Source of the DNA: Strigamia acuminata
Taxonomy: Eukaryota
Assembly (NCBI GenBank): GCA_949358305.1
Contig: OX442314.1
Coordinates: forward strand, 23,002,001-23,066,000
Length of the DNA: 64,000 bases
Reading direction: 5' to 3'
Shown here: positions 24,490-37,600 of the stretch, piece after piece
Position numbering within the stretch: position 1 is the stretch's first letter
Layout: each line of letters starts with the position of its first letter
Program-made: the position numbers and the translations under genes
The notes under the pieces: model-generated
The model's input: only the letters and a program-made list of their open reading frames with translations
Told to the model about the DNA's origin: nothing
The model's database searches: none

Positions 24490-25732
24490 ACATTTACAGT
24501 ATCTCTTCCTTTTCTTGATTTTCCAACGTCTTCAGTATGCTTTTAAGACTGAACGTCATCATTAAGTTGCAGGGTTGGTTGCCTGGCAACTGTATTAGTT
24601 CGTTTTTTTAAAAAATTGAACATACTCCGTATTAAACAATGGAAAAATGTTTAACATTTGGTTTTTTTGGTAAAAGGTGAAAGTGAAAAACACAGGAAGT
24701 GTAGAATTCAGTATATTGTGTGGTAAAATGAGGACAACAGGTGGGAACTAATATATACGGTACCCGGAGTTTTTGTAGTGAGATCCATTGTGCCTATAGC
24801 AAATCCCAAGAAATCGCTTCGTGATCCGCTAAGGGTAGGAGGGCTGGCGACCCCTTTCTTTCAGCCATCGAGGATCAAAATAAATAGACGTTTTAGGTCT
24901 GAAAAGAATTACAAACAAAAATTGGGATTTCGTTCGTGCTCTATGTTTTTGTTTATTGTTTGTTGGCTTTACAATTTTTATTTTATTTGTTTTATTTTAT
25001 TTGTTTATTTTTGTGTGGTAATGCAGTAGGGATCATGTTTCGGTTGAGCGAAGCATTGGTTGGGATTGGTGGTTGTTCTCAGAGCAACAGCAAATTTAGG
25101 AGTTTGTTTAGATAACTTGGAGTCTTTTGAGTGATGTTTTATGGATACGAGTAAGTGACGATTTGGATTGAAAATTACTACTTTGTAGAATTCTTTAAAT
25201 ATTTTTATTTGTCTGTTGTTTTTCAACACTGGCGAGAGAACTTACTTACAGTCGGTAACTTGATGCCAAATTCAAACATTAAATTCTATTTTGCACTTGA
25301 AGAGACAAAAGTTTAAAATTTGTTTACAGCTCGTGAAAGCAAACACAAATGTTTTAAATTTGTTTCTAGCACATGAAAACACAAAAGTTTACAATGATTT
25401 ACTGCACCTGTTATTTTTTCTAAAACTTGTGCATTTGTTGCGTTTATCTGTGTGCAGACACTAGCTGCATTCAAAAATTAAAATATTTTGTGTTTTACTT
25501 CAATTTTAAAACAAAAATGACATCATTCCCTGTCCTATTTATTAAATTAAACTATATTAATTATTTATTTATAATTATAATTATATTTAATAATTGGTTT
25601 ATTATAATTATTATAATAAGTCATAATTTAAACTTAAAATACACTTAAACTAAAATTGTATTTTTATTTATTAATGCAGCTACTGATTTTTTAGTTTGAT
25701 TTTGGTATCAAGACACCAGATGTAATTGATTA

Positions 25733-25847
25733 AATTTAGGTGAAATAATTAATTGGATTTAGGTGAAATTCAATTGGATTTAGGTGAAATTCAATTGAAT
25801 TTAGGTGAAATTCAATTGAATTTAGGTGAAATACAATTTAAATTTGG
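25733..25847. repeat. 21-bp tandem repeat, about 5 copies
   Basis: Unit AATTG(G/A)ATTTAGGTGAAATTC at 25751, 25772, 25793 and 25814, plus partial copies. Confidence 0.9.
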
Positions 25848-28800
25848 TTAATTATGCATTTGGAGTGATGGACTCCTTGGAAACCAGATCTGATACTTTT
25901 TGGAAGCAGCGAGCACCATTAATTTAATGTGCATTTGACCCGCCCCACCCACTCCCCATAATTATATAACATCCATTTTAAATTCTGAGAATTCTAATAA
26001 ATTTTTTATATATAGTATGTTTAATTTTAACGAGGTACATTTTTTTTTACTAATGACATCCTACCCTGTGCTCTACAACAGCCATCAAAAATCAAAAATT
26101 AGATTATTTAAATTTTATTTTTATACGCCTGTAATAAGCATATAGCCACAGCTGCAGCAACCATTCCAGCCAATCAATGAGCTGTCCAGACTGACAAACC
26201 GTTAACTTTGACTTTTCAGTTGCATTTAAGTAATCATTTCCCTCGGGCTTCTTCGCAGAACATTCAACTTTAAAGTTAGTACATTGAATGACATGCGGAA
26301 TGAGATGTTACAGAATTTGAGCTAATCGCCAGGCACTTGTTTGAAATGTACATTTGCCACCATGGGTATCATTGGACACATGAACATAACATTTTATCCT
26401 TGTACACACTGATTCCCTATAAACTGACCTCTGCTTTGACCATAAACATGGCACTTGAACAGACATTGGATCGAATTGCCTTGGAGTATTGATGGACAGA
26501 GGGATGCGACAAAGTTTTATTGGTGATTTTTTTGTCGGTGAAAATGATAATCTCTACGCAGTTATTTCTGTCAGGTTTGGGGAACACATCGTACGATTAA
26601 TGCTTACATCGTAATTTGCCCATTTGATTAATGTAAATATGCCAATAACATGGGCGCGATCGATGAAAGAGAAAGATGAGATCTGAGATTAGGACAAGAA
26701 AAATTGCATTTAACTGGGTTGGGACAGAACTTTATATACAAAATGGTTATTAATGCTACAGTAGTGTTTTCAGAATGGTACTTATGTGTCAAGTTATAAC
26801 CATATAAAGTTGTTCTATAAAAGTGAGTTAGAAACAGAATGTGTGTTGGCTGCAGCACGGTGCCATATGCATATCAATCAACTGGCCAACCGGAAATGAT
26901 GGTTTGTGTTGGAAATAAATCAGGGTATTGAAGTCAGAACGATTTTAGTGTGCTTTATATTCAACAGTTTGGTTGGTTTGCTCGCGATCATGCTAGCTGC
27001 AGCATGATGCTGTGTACTAAATTTATCACGATTTTAATCAATGGATTATCTCAAATTTGTTGCTATGGTGAGCTTAGTTTGGCTCAGCGTAAGAATTGTT
27101 CAAGTTGTAAGGAGCATATTAAGCTAGGTGATGTTTAAATTAATCTTGAGATTGAGAAGATATGAATTTTTTTAAACTTAGAGTGACAAAATAGGTCGGG
27201 CGCCATGTTGGAAAAATCATAAGACACTTGCAACGGTTTGGCTTCTTATTTTATAATATAAGATATTATAATTCAGGTCATAGTTATAATTATACTCTGT
27301 TACAAATGTATAAGCTTATAACTTGACTTTTTATAACCTTCAAATACGCTTTATGTTGTTTACCGGATTTGCTCTGCTCATTTAAAATTAAAAGCAATTT
27401 TCGTTCTTTTTACTTATTTAAATCTCCATTTCTTGGTCTATTGGGCCTGCAAGGACAAAAATATACAATGTTAGGACTATCTAAATAAAAAATAAATAAA
27501 ATAAATAAATCGTTACGTGACAACTGTGTAAGTCACGTCGAGACTGGACAAAAAAAGAAGACCTTTTTAAAAGAACAAGGAAGAAATTATTGTGAAAAGA
27601 AGATAGGAACCGAGCGGAATAAAACATTTCATTATAGTGAGTACAGCCCTTTTTCAGGAGCCGGAGCTGTATCATCACTTTGCGGCTCATCGGTTTTTTG
27701 GGGCCGAGAGCCAAGACCCGAGCACAGAGGACTCTGGTCATCATCTTCTAAGTAGAATACCAAACAGGCCTTGAGCTTCAAAACCACTATTTATACACTT
27801 GAAATCAGCCATGAAGATTTGAAGACGTGTAGGAAGCTCAGGTGCAATAGGTAGAGGGAGTTATGTCTATAAAAAAAATGATTGAATGTCCGGTTGGCTT
27901 GATTGCGAACAAGGGAAAAAAATGTATGGTCACTGATTACCTATCCTCGAGGGTGTTAATTACACTTTCTCACAGTGAGTTTGTTTTTTTTTCTTACTTT
28001 TTTCTTTTTTTTTTCAAGTTTGTCGTGCGCAGAGAGTGTGGAATACAATGTGTTTCGAGCTCTGTTATTCTGAGGAATTTAATAAATTCAGAGTGGTAAA
28101 ATGGCAGAGAGTGTTTGTAATTATGCCGGTTTAATTGCAGGATATTGCTGCAGTGAGAAATTATTAAAAATGACGTTTCCAAATTAAAAGTACTTAACAA
28201 ATACTGGGGAATTTTGACTCGTGCAGTTAAATTAAGTTTAAATTCATGCAGACTCTGGTTTTGATAGAAACATCATATTTCTGCATTTGTGAAATTATTC
28301 TAGATTTTTTTTTTTATATTTCTTTACATTTTTTTGGTGGAATCATTTGTCATTTTTAACTTAAGGAATGGAAGTTTTGACTAAAGTAAAGCAGAAAAAA
28401 AAATTTAATGTGTTATTTTTTAAAAAATGCTAATGTAACAACCTGACAAGATTCAGAAAAAATGACACCCATTCACACTTCAAGAATATCAACTAGTTTA
28501 TTAATGGGGAAAAAAGGATTACTGTTGCTGTATATTTCAGATTGTGTGATCTAAGTCTACAAAAGGGTCGTTGATCATTGGATATATGGCGTAAAGCACT
28601 CAATTGATTTCGGTTTTCGATCTGGCATTAGAAAGCCGTTGACATCAGCCAATGGTGTCCCATACAAATGTGCAGTCTTTCCATTTACCACTGTGTCTAA
28701 CCTAACCGGGAAACAGGGCCTTTATGATAAATGTACAATGGGCACATTGAATAGATCGTGTACCGTTTTAAATTGCTGCAAAACTGCATGTTTTAATTAC

Positions 28801-31800
28801 ATTAGCATAAACCTTACTACCATATAAAGTGCACGCTTTGTGAAAGCAGTTTCGGCGTAAATAGTAGCAAAAAGTCGTATTTTAGGTGTTTGTGTTTATA
28901 TATTTTTAAAACAAAAACGCGACCACTTAAAGCACTAAAATCTGTTTCAAAATTATCGCAAAATCAGAGAAATTTGTGCTGGCCAGTTTACACCAGTGCT
29001 AGCGAATGCCAGCGCCACTGAAGTTTAACCAAACAAGCGCCAGTGCCACTAGTCTTGACACGCGCTCAAACAACTCTGGCTATTTATTATTTAAATTGCT
29101 GTAAGTTTGCGTTTTTTGTTTTTAATGGACTTTGGAGAGGCCCGTTGGGCTGGGGGGCCGGGCCAAGTGTCCCTGCTAGCCACCGTCTTCTCTAACTGGG
29201 CCTGCTGGGAATAATTATCTGACAACTCCCAACAGAAGCTTCAATTTGATGTTCATAAAAAATGCAGTTGCGGTAAGCTACTTACAAGAAAACTTTTAGT
29301 GTGCGGAATTTTTTTAAACTTTTCGGTTGATGGCGGCCCAGGATAGACGCGTGATAAATGAATTAGAGCTAGATTAAAAGCTGTGAGAGACGCTGGAGGA
29401 TAGTTGCGTTTAATTTGTTGGTTGACGACATCATTGAAAGGCGGGAGAAAGGTGTCTCTTGAGAAATCATTTTTCATTGTGTTGCGTGCAAATGGTAGTG
29501 GCTGGAGACTGAGATTAAGCAGTTTTTGGACCGCTCCATGCATTACTTTGGAGGCGGGTAGAATAGAGCTTGCAACCTGGTTTATCACCTGTAATTTGTC
29601 CATCATGAGGCGTTGTTGTAATGTAGATTGTGGTAAGTTGCCAAATGCTTCAGGCTTCATTGGCAATGGTCTTTGGTCGCATTTTTTTTATTTGTATGGG
29701 TTTGTGACTGGAAGGAAATTAAATAAGATGCTATTTTTTTAGGTTTTTTTTCGTTTACAGTTGTCTAAATGTTAAGTCATTTGGCTTTTTGCAGCTGAAG
29801 TTGCCAATATTTCTGCTGGAATGGGTTTAAGAATTGAAGCTATGTTTTTAAAGCATATTCAAATTTTTTTCTTTTTTTAAAGATTAATCCACGATGGAAA
29901 AGAAGGATTTTTTTTTCTCCTTCTTTTGCTTTTAATCAATTTTTCTTTTTTATCTTATGAAATTTTCTTGGAGCAAATCCAAGTTGTGAATAGTTTGATA
30001 TATAGAATTTTATTTTATTTCTACATCAAAACATCTGCAGGGAAGCCTACAATAGGGTGAACTAAGAGATAGTTATTAAAGATTGCAAAGATTGCGCTTT
30101 TTTTTTTTAAATAAAAAAAAAATAAATAAAAAAAGATTTTCTTTGCAATTAAAGTCCAACCAATCAGTGGATGATGGAAAGATTGAAAGCTATGGGGGAA
30201 AGAAATCCTATGATCATCTGGTAGAAGATGATCAGTCAGCTGCAGTGTTCTTACCGATTATTTTTATTATGACAGACAAGTTGAAGGTCTTGAAAAATGT
30301 GTAGTCAATTTCAGGTACAAGACCCTCATTACAACACGGTTTACTCCAATCCTGCACATTTGTTCACATGTAATGAAAGTTGAAGTTGATTCAACAAACA
30401 GTTGATGCTGATAAATTTGTTTTAACAGGAACACCTGCAACAAAAGCCTATGTCAGACTGGTATCAAAGGATATTGTGTGTTAGTCTTAGTAATTTGGTT
30501 TCCATGGATGCCAATTGCCTCAACTCATTTAGATCTCAGTGTTTTTTTTCCTGCCATGGCTCATCAAGTTGAATATCTTCCAATTGCTATCAACGTTCCA
30601 CAACAACAAGATATTTTTTTATTTTTTAATTATTTTTTTCCAAACAAATCAATCGATACAGAGATTCTAAGACCTATTTTGTACCCCTTAATGTGATTAG
30701 ATTGTCTTTACGAGCAAATCGCCCTATAATGAAAGATTACTTTTGTGCGGTGTATCGCAGTGAAGCAACTCACTTCCTTAAGACTCTAAAACAGCGCCTG
30801 TAAAATCTATTGATTTAATGTTTTTAAAGTGTCAATTTTCATTTATTGTGTTTAATTTTTAAATTAGTCAAATTTATTTGTTTTCTGAATTTATTGAGTA
30901 ATGATTATTTTTTACATGTGTTTTATTTCGAATAACATTGTTCTTATTGAGGGCTGTTACAAGAGCCCTCTAGTATGTAAATTTGCTGACCGGTCCTTGG
31001 TGACCAGAAGTTAACCCCGTTTTTGTGGTTCTGCCACCATCTTTTTTCATGTATGAACGCTTGTTACCACGCGTTTCTTTGTGCTACAATTTCTACAATT
31101 AAAAGTTAAGTTAAGTTTAAATTTGTCTCAAATTGTTGCTCACGTGTTGCAATCGCAACTAGATTGTTTCGAAGTCTCGAAAGCGCCCTCTTTATTACTC
31201 TTTTCTAAACTCTTTACCGTAAAGTAAAACATTATTTTTTGTTATCTCTTTATTTTATCCTGAACCAAGGATAACATGGACATGTATTTGTGTGTTATTT
31301 CCTATTGATTTGTTGTTCTGTGCACTGATTGGATGACAGCAATCACATGTTACGCATTGCTTGCCAACTAAGCATGTTTGTTACCTGTTGTCATCCCAGA
31401 ATACGGTGCAGCTATATATTATGTGGCGCCATTGTTTAATGGACACTGCCATTTTGAAAACGAACTAGACGCACATTGAAGTTGAAAAATTTCGCCCTTC
31501 GTGAGTTGCAGTATACAAAATGAGTTAGTTCGTGCGTAGGTGGCACAAAGTAGTTCACACGCAACGCGTCACTACAAAGCAGAATTTGTGCGTGACGCAT
31601 GCGTTAACGCATGCATGGTGAACCCACCTTAATTCAATCTTTTGTCATCCATCCTAAAATACAACAATCTACAAGAAAACTACGTTTTCATTCGTTGCCA
31701 TTTTTCCGTTGGAACTAAGGTGTGGTCAATACGAAAGCGAAATTTAGATGATAAAATTCAAATGACCTCGTTCATCACATAACAATTTACACACGCTTAA

Positions 31801-34336
31801 ATTCACTTTACCTATAGGCCACGAGTGCTTTGCTGCTGCTCATGGCCATTTCCTTCCCTGGCAAGCTGACATCCATCAGGAAATAGCTGTTTGCAAGCTT
31901 GCAATAGCCAGGGAAAATCTTGACATTGCAGGATATTGCGCACTCGTCCCAACATGACCTCCTCATCTCCAATAAAAAAAAGGCGATTAAGAAGTGATTT
32001 TTTTTATTTTAAAGTTGTTATTCTGCTCTTTAAAGATTTGTTGTGTATGATTTATTTACACGTGGATTTAAACGATGATCATTCATCTTTTTACATCAAT
32101 ATTAAAGTGAATAAGTACTGTAATAGGTCTGTAATTCATCACTTTCCACGTAAATACATCATTCGTTGATTCAGTTTACTTTATGTGCATTCGTAGGTAA
32201 AACATTTATGTTTTTTTGCAATACAAACATAAGAAAAACATCTAAAAACGTTGAGAGATAAAATAAAGCGAGACATTGACACCAAAATGGGAGATAAGCT
32301 TAACTGCAGTGATTAATTACCATTACTTACCATTCACCAAAGACTAACTGGGTCAATTACTTTTTTCGCCAAATAATTAATTGACCCAATTTGGTTAGAA
32401 TAGTTAATTGGTAGCTACCATCTAATCAAGTTTATCTATTGGTTATCTAGCACAAGCACCCGGTTACAGTAGTTTTATTTATTAGCATTTTTTTATTATC
32501 ATTGTCGGGGATGACTAAAGTGTCGAACGGCGCTTCTTCTAGCCACAGCTATAACGAGGTTAATGTGTTGTCGGTCCTACGAGACACACAAAAGAAGTTT
32601 ATGAATAATGTAATATGTAATTCGAATAAGTAAGGCACCCTTTTTCAGCTCCATTTTCTAATTTCTTTTTTTTTGGGGGTTTTTTTCGTGCAGATTCGTA
32701 ATTTTTTTTAAATTCCTTTCATGTAGTGTCAATACTGACAGTGTGCTTTTCTTTCCAAGGCCATTCTGTAGTATTATTCCATTAACCTGTCACATGTAAA
32801 TGAAATGAAGTGAATTCCTGACAGCAGTTTATTATTCTATTCATCTGGGTTTTTAAATTAAGTGAAGTTGTTGTATTTTGTTTGGACATAAAATTTATTT
32901 TTATGTTTTATTTTTTTATTTTATTTATTTATTTTTTTTTTGGACATTTAAAATCATAAAGATATTTCTTGGAATTGAAATGTAAAACATTTTGCTAGTA
33001 ACGGAAGGAAAAGGAAAATTTTAAGGGTTTTTAAATTGAAATATATGTCAACTACATGTCGGAGCGAGAAATAAAAGTTGATCTAATATTTTTTAAACTG
33101 ATGGTTTGCTTTAAAAAAGGAAGTCATGTGTAGTTTAGTGCACTTTACAGGTCTTCTCGAGTATTTTCTCATTTCTTTTTATTTTTCGTGTAGTTTATTA
33201 TTTTTTGAGTGTTTTCCATAGAACGTATAAAGCTTTATATATTGGTTGGTGTAGTTTTTCCAAAATATTCTTTAAAATAAACCAAAAAGCTCTTCGACCA
33301 TAATCAAGTAAAATATGGCGTCTAAAAAGCGGTTGAAAACCACTTTTATGATCAATAATTGATTGAATTCCAGTGAATCTTTTTTCTCTCCTAGTGAATT
33401 TTTTCCATGTTGAGTACATTTGCAAGCTTTTACATGCTCATTCAGTCTCTCTATGTTTAAAGATCTAATGGCTTTTACATTTATTTATAATTTATTTTTT
33501 TTAATTTCTGGCGGTTTCTTCATCTTTAAATTCATTTCAAACCTTGAAAGATATCAACTGATATGTAATGTAATGCCATTTAATTAGACTGGATCGTAAA
33601 CACTTTATAATCTGCAGTCGTTGAAAGAGGAGATTCCAGACTATAAACGAGATTTCAATGATTCATTAATTTTAGTATGGTACGTCAGTTATTAAATTCG
33701 GCGCAGATTAAATTGAAGTTGCTACATCGTGATTTTTTTTTAAACAAGCACACTAATCCTGCAGGAAAGCTGGGTAATGTATTTGCACTCTAAAAATAAA
33801 AATAAAGGTGTGTTGTTACTCCATTAAAGCTATCTCACACGTCCCAGTGGGCGCACACCTTTTAGACATGTATTTAATTAAACCTTTGAAGTGCAAATGA
33901 TGTTGGGTGTAAGAAAAAGTTTACATGTTTTTTTTTTTACTGTAGGGTGTAGCTGCAGTTTATAAGCTTATTTAATTGGTGCAGTTCGTGCAGACTGTCA
34001 GGCTTGGTTTACTTATTGCTTGTGCACTCGATGATGTTTTTTATTTGGCACCACGACGTGTTATCTAATAAGCAACAACAAAAGCTCTTTCTTCGATCAA
34101 ATAATTCCATTTCTCATTGTCGTTTATTTCATTCATTCGTCATTTCGTTTGTTTCGCTGGCTATCCGTACACTCTTGTCATTTCCGGGGAAGAAAAAAGA
34201 AAATTTCACGAACCGGAAAAAATAATAATTCGTAAAATTTATAAATACTCAAGAAACAAATTGGACTAAAATGAATCTGTGTGTGATATTTTATTTCTCA
34301 TCTGATGGGAAGATTAAAGAACATAAAACGCAAATC

Positions 34337-34685
34337 ATGTCTGGCCGAGGTAAAGGAAACAGCAGTGCCAACAAATCGAAGAGTAAATCTCGTCGGTCGA
34401 ATCCATCGTTTACTCCGCAAGGGAAAGTATGCAAATCGTATCGGTGCTGGATCTCCGATTTTCTTGGCTGCGGTCTTGGAGTATCTGGTGGCCGAAGTTA
34501 TGGAGTTAGCTGGAAACGCCGCGAAAGACAACAAGAAGTCGAGAATAATTCCTCGACATTTTCAGTTGGCCGCCAAGAACGACGAAGAGTTGTGTAAATT
34601 GCTGTCGACTGTCACCATTGCGGAGGGTGGCGTTATCCCCAATATTCAGACCGAACTTTTGTCCAAGAAGACTGACAAGAAGTAA
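34337..34685 (+). pseudogene. H2A: Divergent histone H2A with an internal frameshifting deletion of about 29 nt. An alternative open frame runs 34305-34685.
   Basis: ATG 34337 reads [19 protein letters not shown], then the frame shifts to [97 protein letters not shown]. The conserved SxRAGLQFP segment is missing at about 34393. Confidence 0.88.
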
Positions 34686-37600
34686 AAAGTTGCGAGAGAA
34701 GACGGTTTTCGTTGTACATGCAACGGATCGTGTTTTTTTTTTAGAGCTACACGATTTTGTGAGAGTAGAAGCAAAATAAATGTTTGAATAAATAAAAATA
34801 AATAATTTCTGCTTCCAATTAAGTTTAGTAACTGTTTATTTATCGTTTGTATGTTAAAAATTTTCCGTTCGTATACTTTGTTTTGAGCGTAGCATTTTAA
34901 AATTTACAAAACTGTTACCGGTATAGTTTTATACTGTTTAAAATCAATCTTAATAAAAATGTGGCTGAAATGGCTCAAAATGCCAAAAAAGAGGTTTAAC
35001 TTCTGTAGTAGTTTTTGCCTTATGTTTATGCTGTTTATAAAATCACCAATAACCACAGAAATGGAAACTTTTGTTCGTCTGAAGACGCTTTTTATTTTTA
35101 ATACCTTAGAAGATGTCTTAAAGTTGTCTTTTGAATTGTTTATTGCTTCGTGTTTGCAGTTATCAAAAAAGCAAAAGAGGAAAGAGCCAATAGAGAGCGC
35201 TGGAATTCTTTAGTTCTCTTGGGGCTCATGTTTTTCTGAGTGGCCTAACTTGAGTAACAGCTCAGGTGTGGAGGGAGGATATTGCAGACATTGCCCACTC
35301 AGGACTTAACTAGTATTTAGTAAATTTAATGGTTTGGGTTTATTTTTTTATTATTATTTACTATTTCATCAATTTTTTTCTTACTTTATTTTTTCTACAA
35401 ATATGATGAAAACATTTTATTATTTTTTGGAGTTTATTTTTGAAAGCAAGCAATTTCAAAAAGTAGTGGTATATCGATAAAAGAGTGAAAAGTTTTTCAA
35501 TATTTACATTCGAAGGAGAGAGTATTGTTTGCAAGAAGTTTTAATAAATTGTGTAGGGCTCTAGGTAAAATTAAAGCTGTATTTCATTTATTCCATTTCT
35601 ATCCCAATTGGAGTACATTTAAAGATTGTAAAGATTTGTTAAGACACGCATTGTGCAGTTCTATTTATTTAATTTAAGAATGCAAGAAATGTATAAGCTG
35701 TGATTGAGAATCGTGCAGGCTGCAGTCGGTTGGAATTCTCTGTAAAGTAAATGCGATGTGTTCCGCTGAGATGAGGAACTGTATTATTTAAGAGCACAAA
35801 TGCTCTTGTAGCTTCTAAAAGCGGATTTAGGACCATTTCGTTATTAATGAAATAATTCTAAATTTGTTTTATGGGGGGAAGAAGCGACTGCGGAGGATTA
35901 TACGTTGGAAAAGAAAAAAAAAATGCAATTTTTGTTGAATTAATCTATGAATTTTTTATGAATACAAATGTAATAATCTCTTATTATATTTTTGACATTT
36001 TGATACTATGCTGATGCTGATTCGTGGAAATAATAATAATAAGCCTAAAGCAAGTGAAATTATCGGAAGAATGCAACTTCAAAGACAGTTGTGGTTTGGT
36101 TTTGATTTGTTTAAAAGGATAATCCAGCAGAGAAACCTTATACAAACACACAGTCAACAAATAGCAAACAACAATTACATTTTATTGTTGTTTATCGTCG
36201 GTAGTTGAGCACACAATAGAAGCAATTCTTTTGTCAAGCGAAAACTGATTAGTTTGTGCCTACCGATGCCGAAGAATAATTTCTTTCTTTCAATTTTTTT
36301 TTTTTAGTTATCGCTGAGACTTGGAGTAAAAATTTAAAAATATCAATATTCTTATTTTATTGCGTCTTATGATCTTTGTGCTTAGTTCATACATTTTTTA
36401 AAAATGTTTCTAGAAGGGAAAAAAAGATTTTAAAAGAAGATGAGACTTGGGGGTTCGGCTTTCACTGATTATACGTCTTATGGACGTGTCAAATCCTCTT
36501 TGGCACCAGTTTGGGATCCTCTTTACTTTGTTATCACATGCCACTAGGCTCCATTTTGTGGCTATAAAACTGTCCACTGAATGGTCATTTTTGAGATTGT
36601 AGCACATGATTTGCATTCAAGTTTTGATGAAGTGGTCACCTGTGTTTACTGCTTGGCCTCTGCAGATTACATCTTGATTTTAGTTCAAGTTGAACTGCTT
36701 CTTTTCATTTCTTCTCTTCTTTTTATATTGATTTTTTTACACTATTGGTTTTTAAGAGTAATTTTTTTGGGGTACAAATCCATAAGCTTAAAAGCTATCA
36801 TCACACTCTATGGTCAGTTTGAAGATGAGTTCATTTTATTGAATGATGAAGGAGTAGAATTATTTTGGGTTTTGGCAGTTTGCCCTGTCCATGGCATTTG
36901 GCAAGTCATTAATGAGTACAGTTCTGTGATTGAGATGAAAAATTGGACGCCCCTCGGATCGATGGAAATTCAGCACAAATGATTGATCAGGCTTGAACTC
37001 GGCTTCCAGCAAAGACTGAAGAAATAATAGAATAAAAAAAAAATTGAATATCAATTTTTAATAATTCAATTTTTCTCGTTTGAAAGTTATAAATTTGTTC
37101 AACCATTTTTCCACTATGTTGTAATTGCAACTAAATTCAATTTATTGTGCTTATTACATGCGCGGTTTTAAAAATTAAATTAAATTAACATTAAAGAAAC
37201 CTAACTTTCAACCTCATGGTCATAATCAAACTTTATGCGAGCTAATAGGCACATGCAACGACATAATTCTCACATGCTCAAGCAGTTTTCAAACGTTACC
37301 TAAAGGGATCATGCTTGCTGAAGATTGGAAAGTTGAAAGGGTCTAAAAGAAAAACATGAATCCTGATTACAACCGCAAGGTCGAACAGCTTTGTCTCTTA
37401 TATTTTGATTTCATTTGATTTTTAAAACAAGCTGCACAGTAGCCGACTCGTGGTCCGCAGGGCCATGCAAACAACTCTTTTTCGAGGTCAGAATTGTGAA
37501 ATTTATTGATATAATGTTTAAAAAATAATGAAAACAAATCAGCAAATTGAAATTTTTTCTTCTTATGAAAATAAAATAATTTAGACATTACAAAAAACGG

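Noticed and set aside
36410..37054. Minus-strand stretch that looks like a decayed ORF, and plus ORF 36581..36982
   Set aside because: Multiple stops and no recognisable domain.
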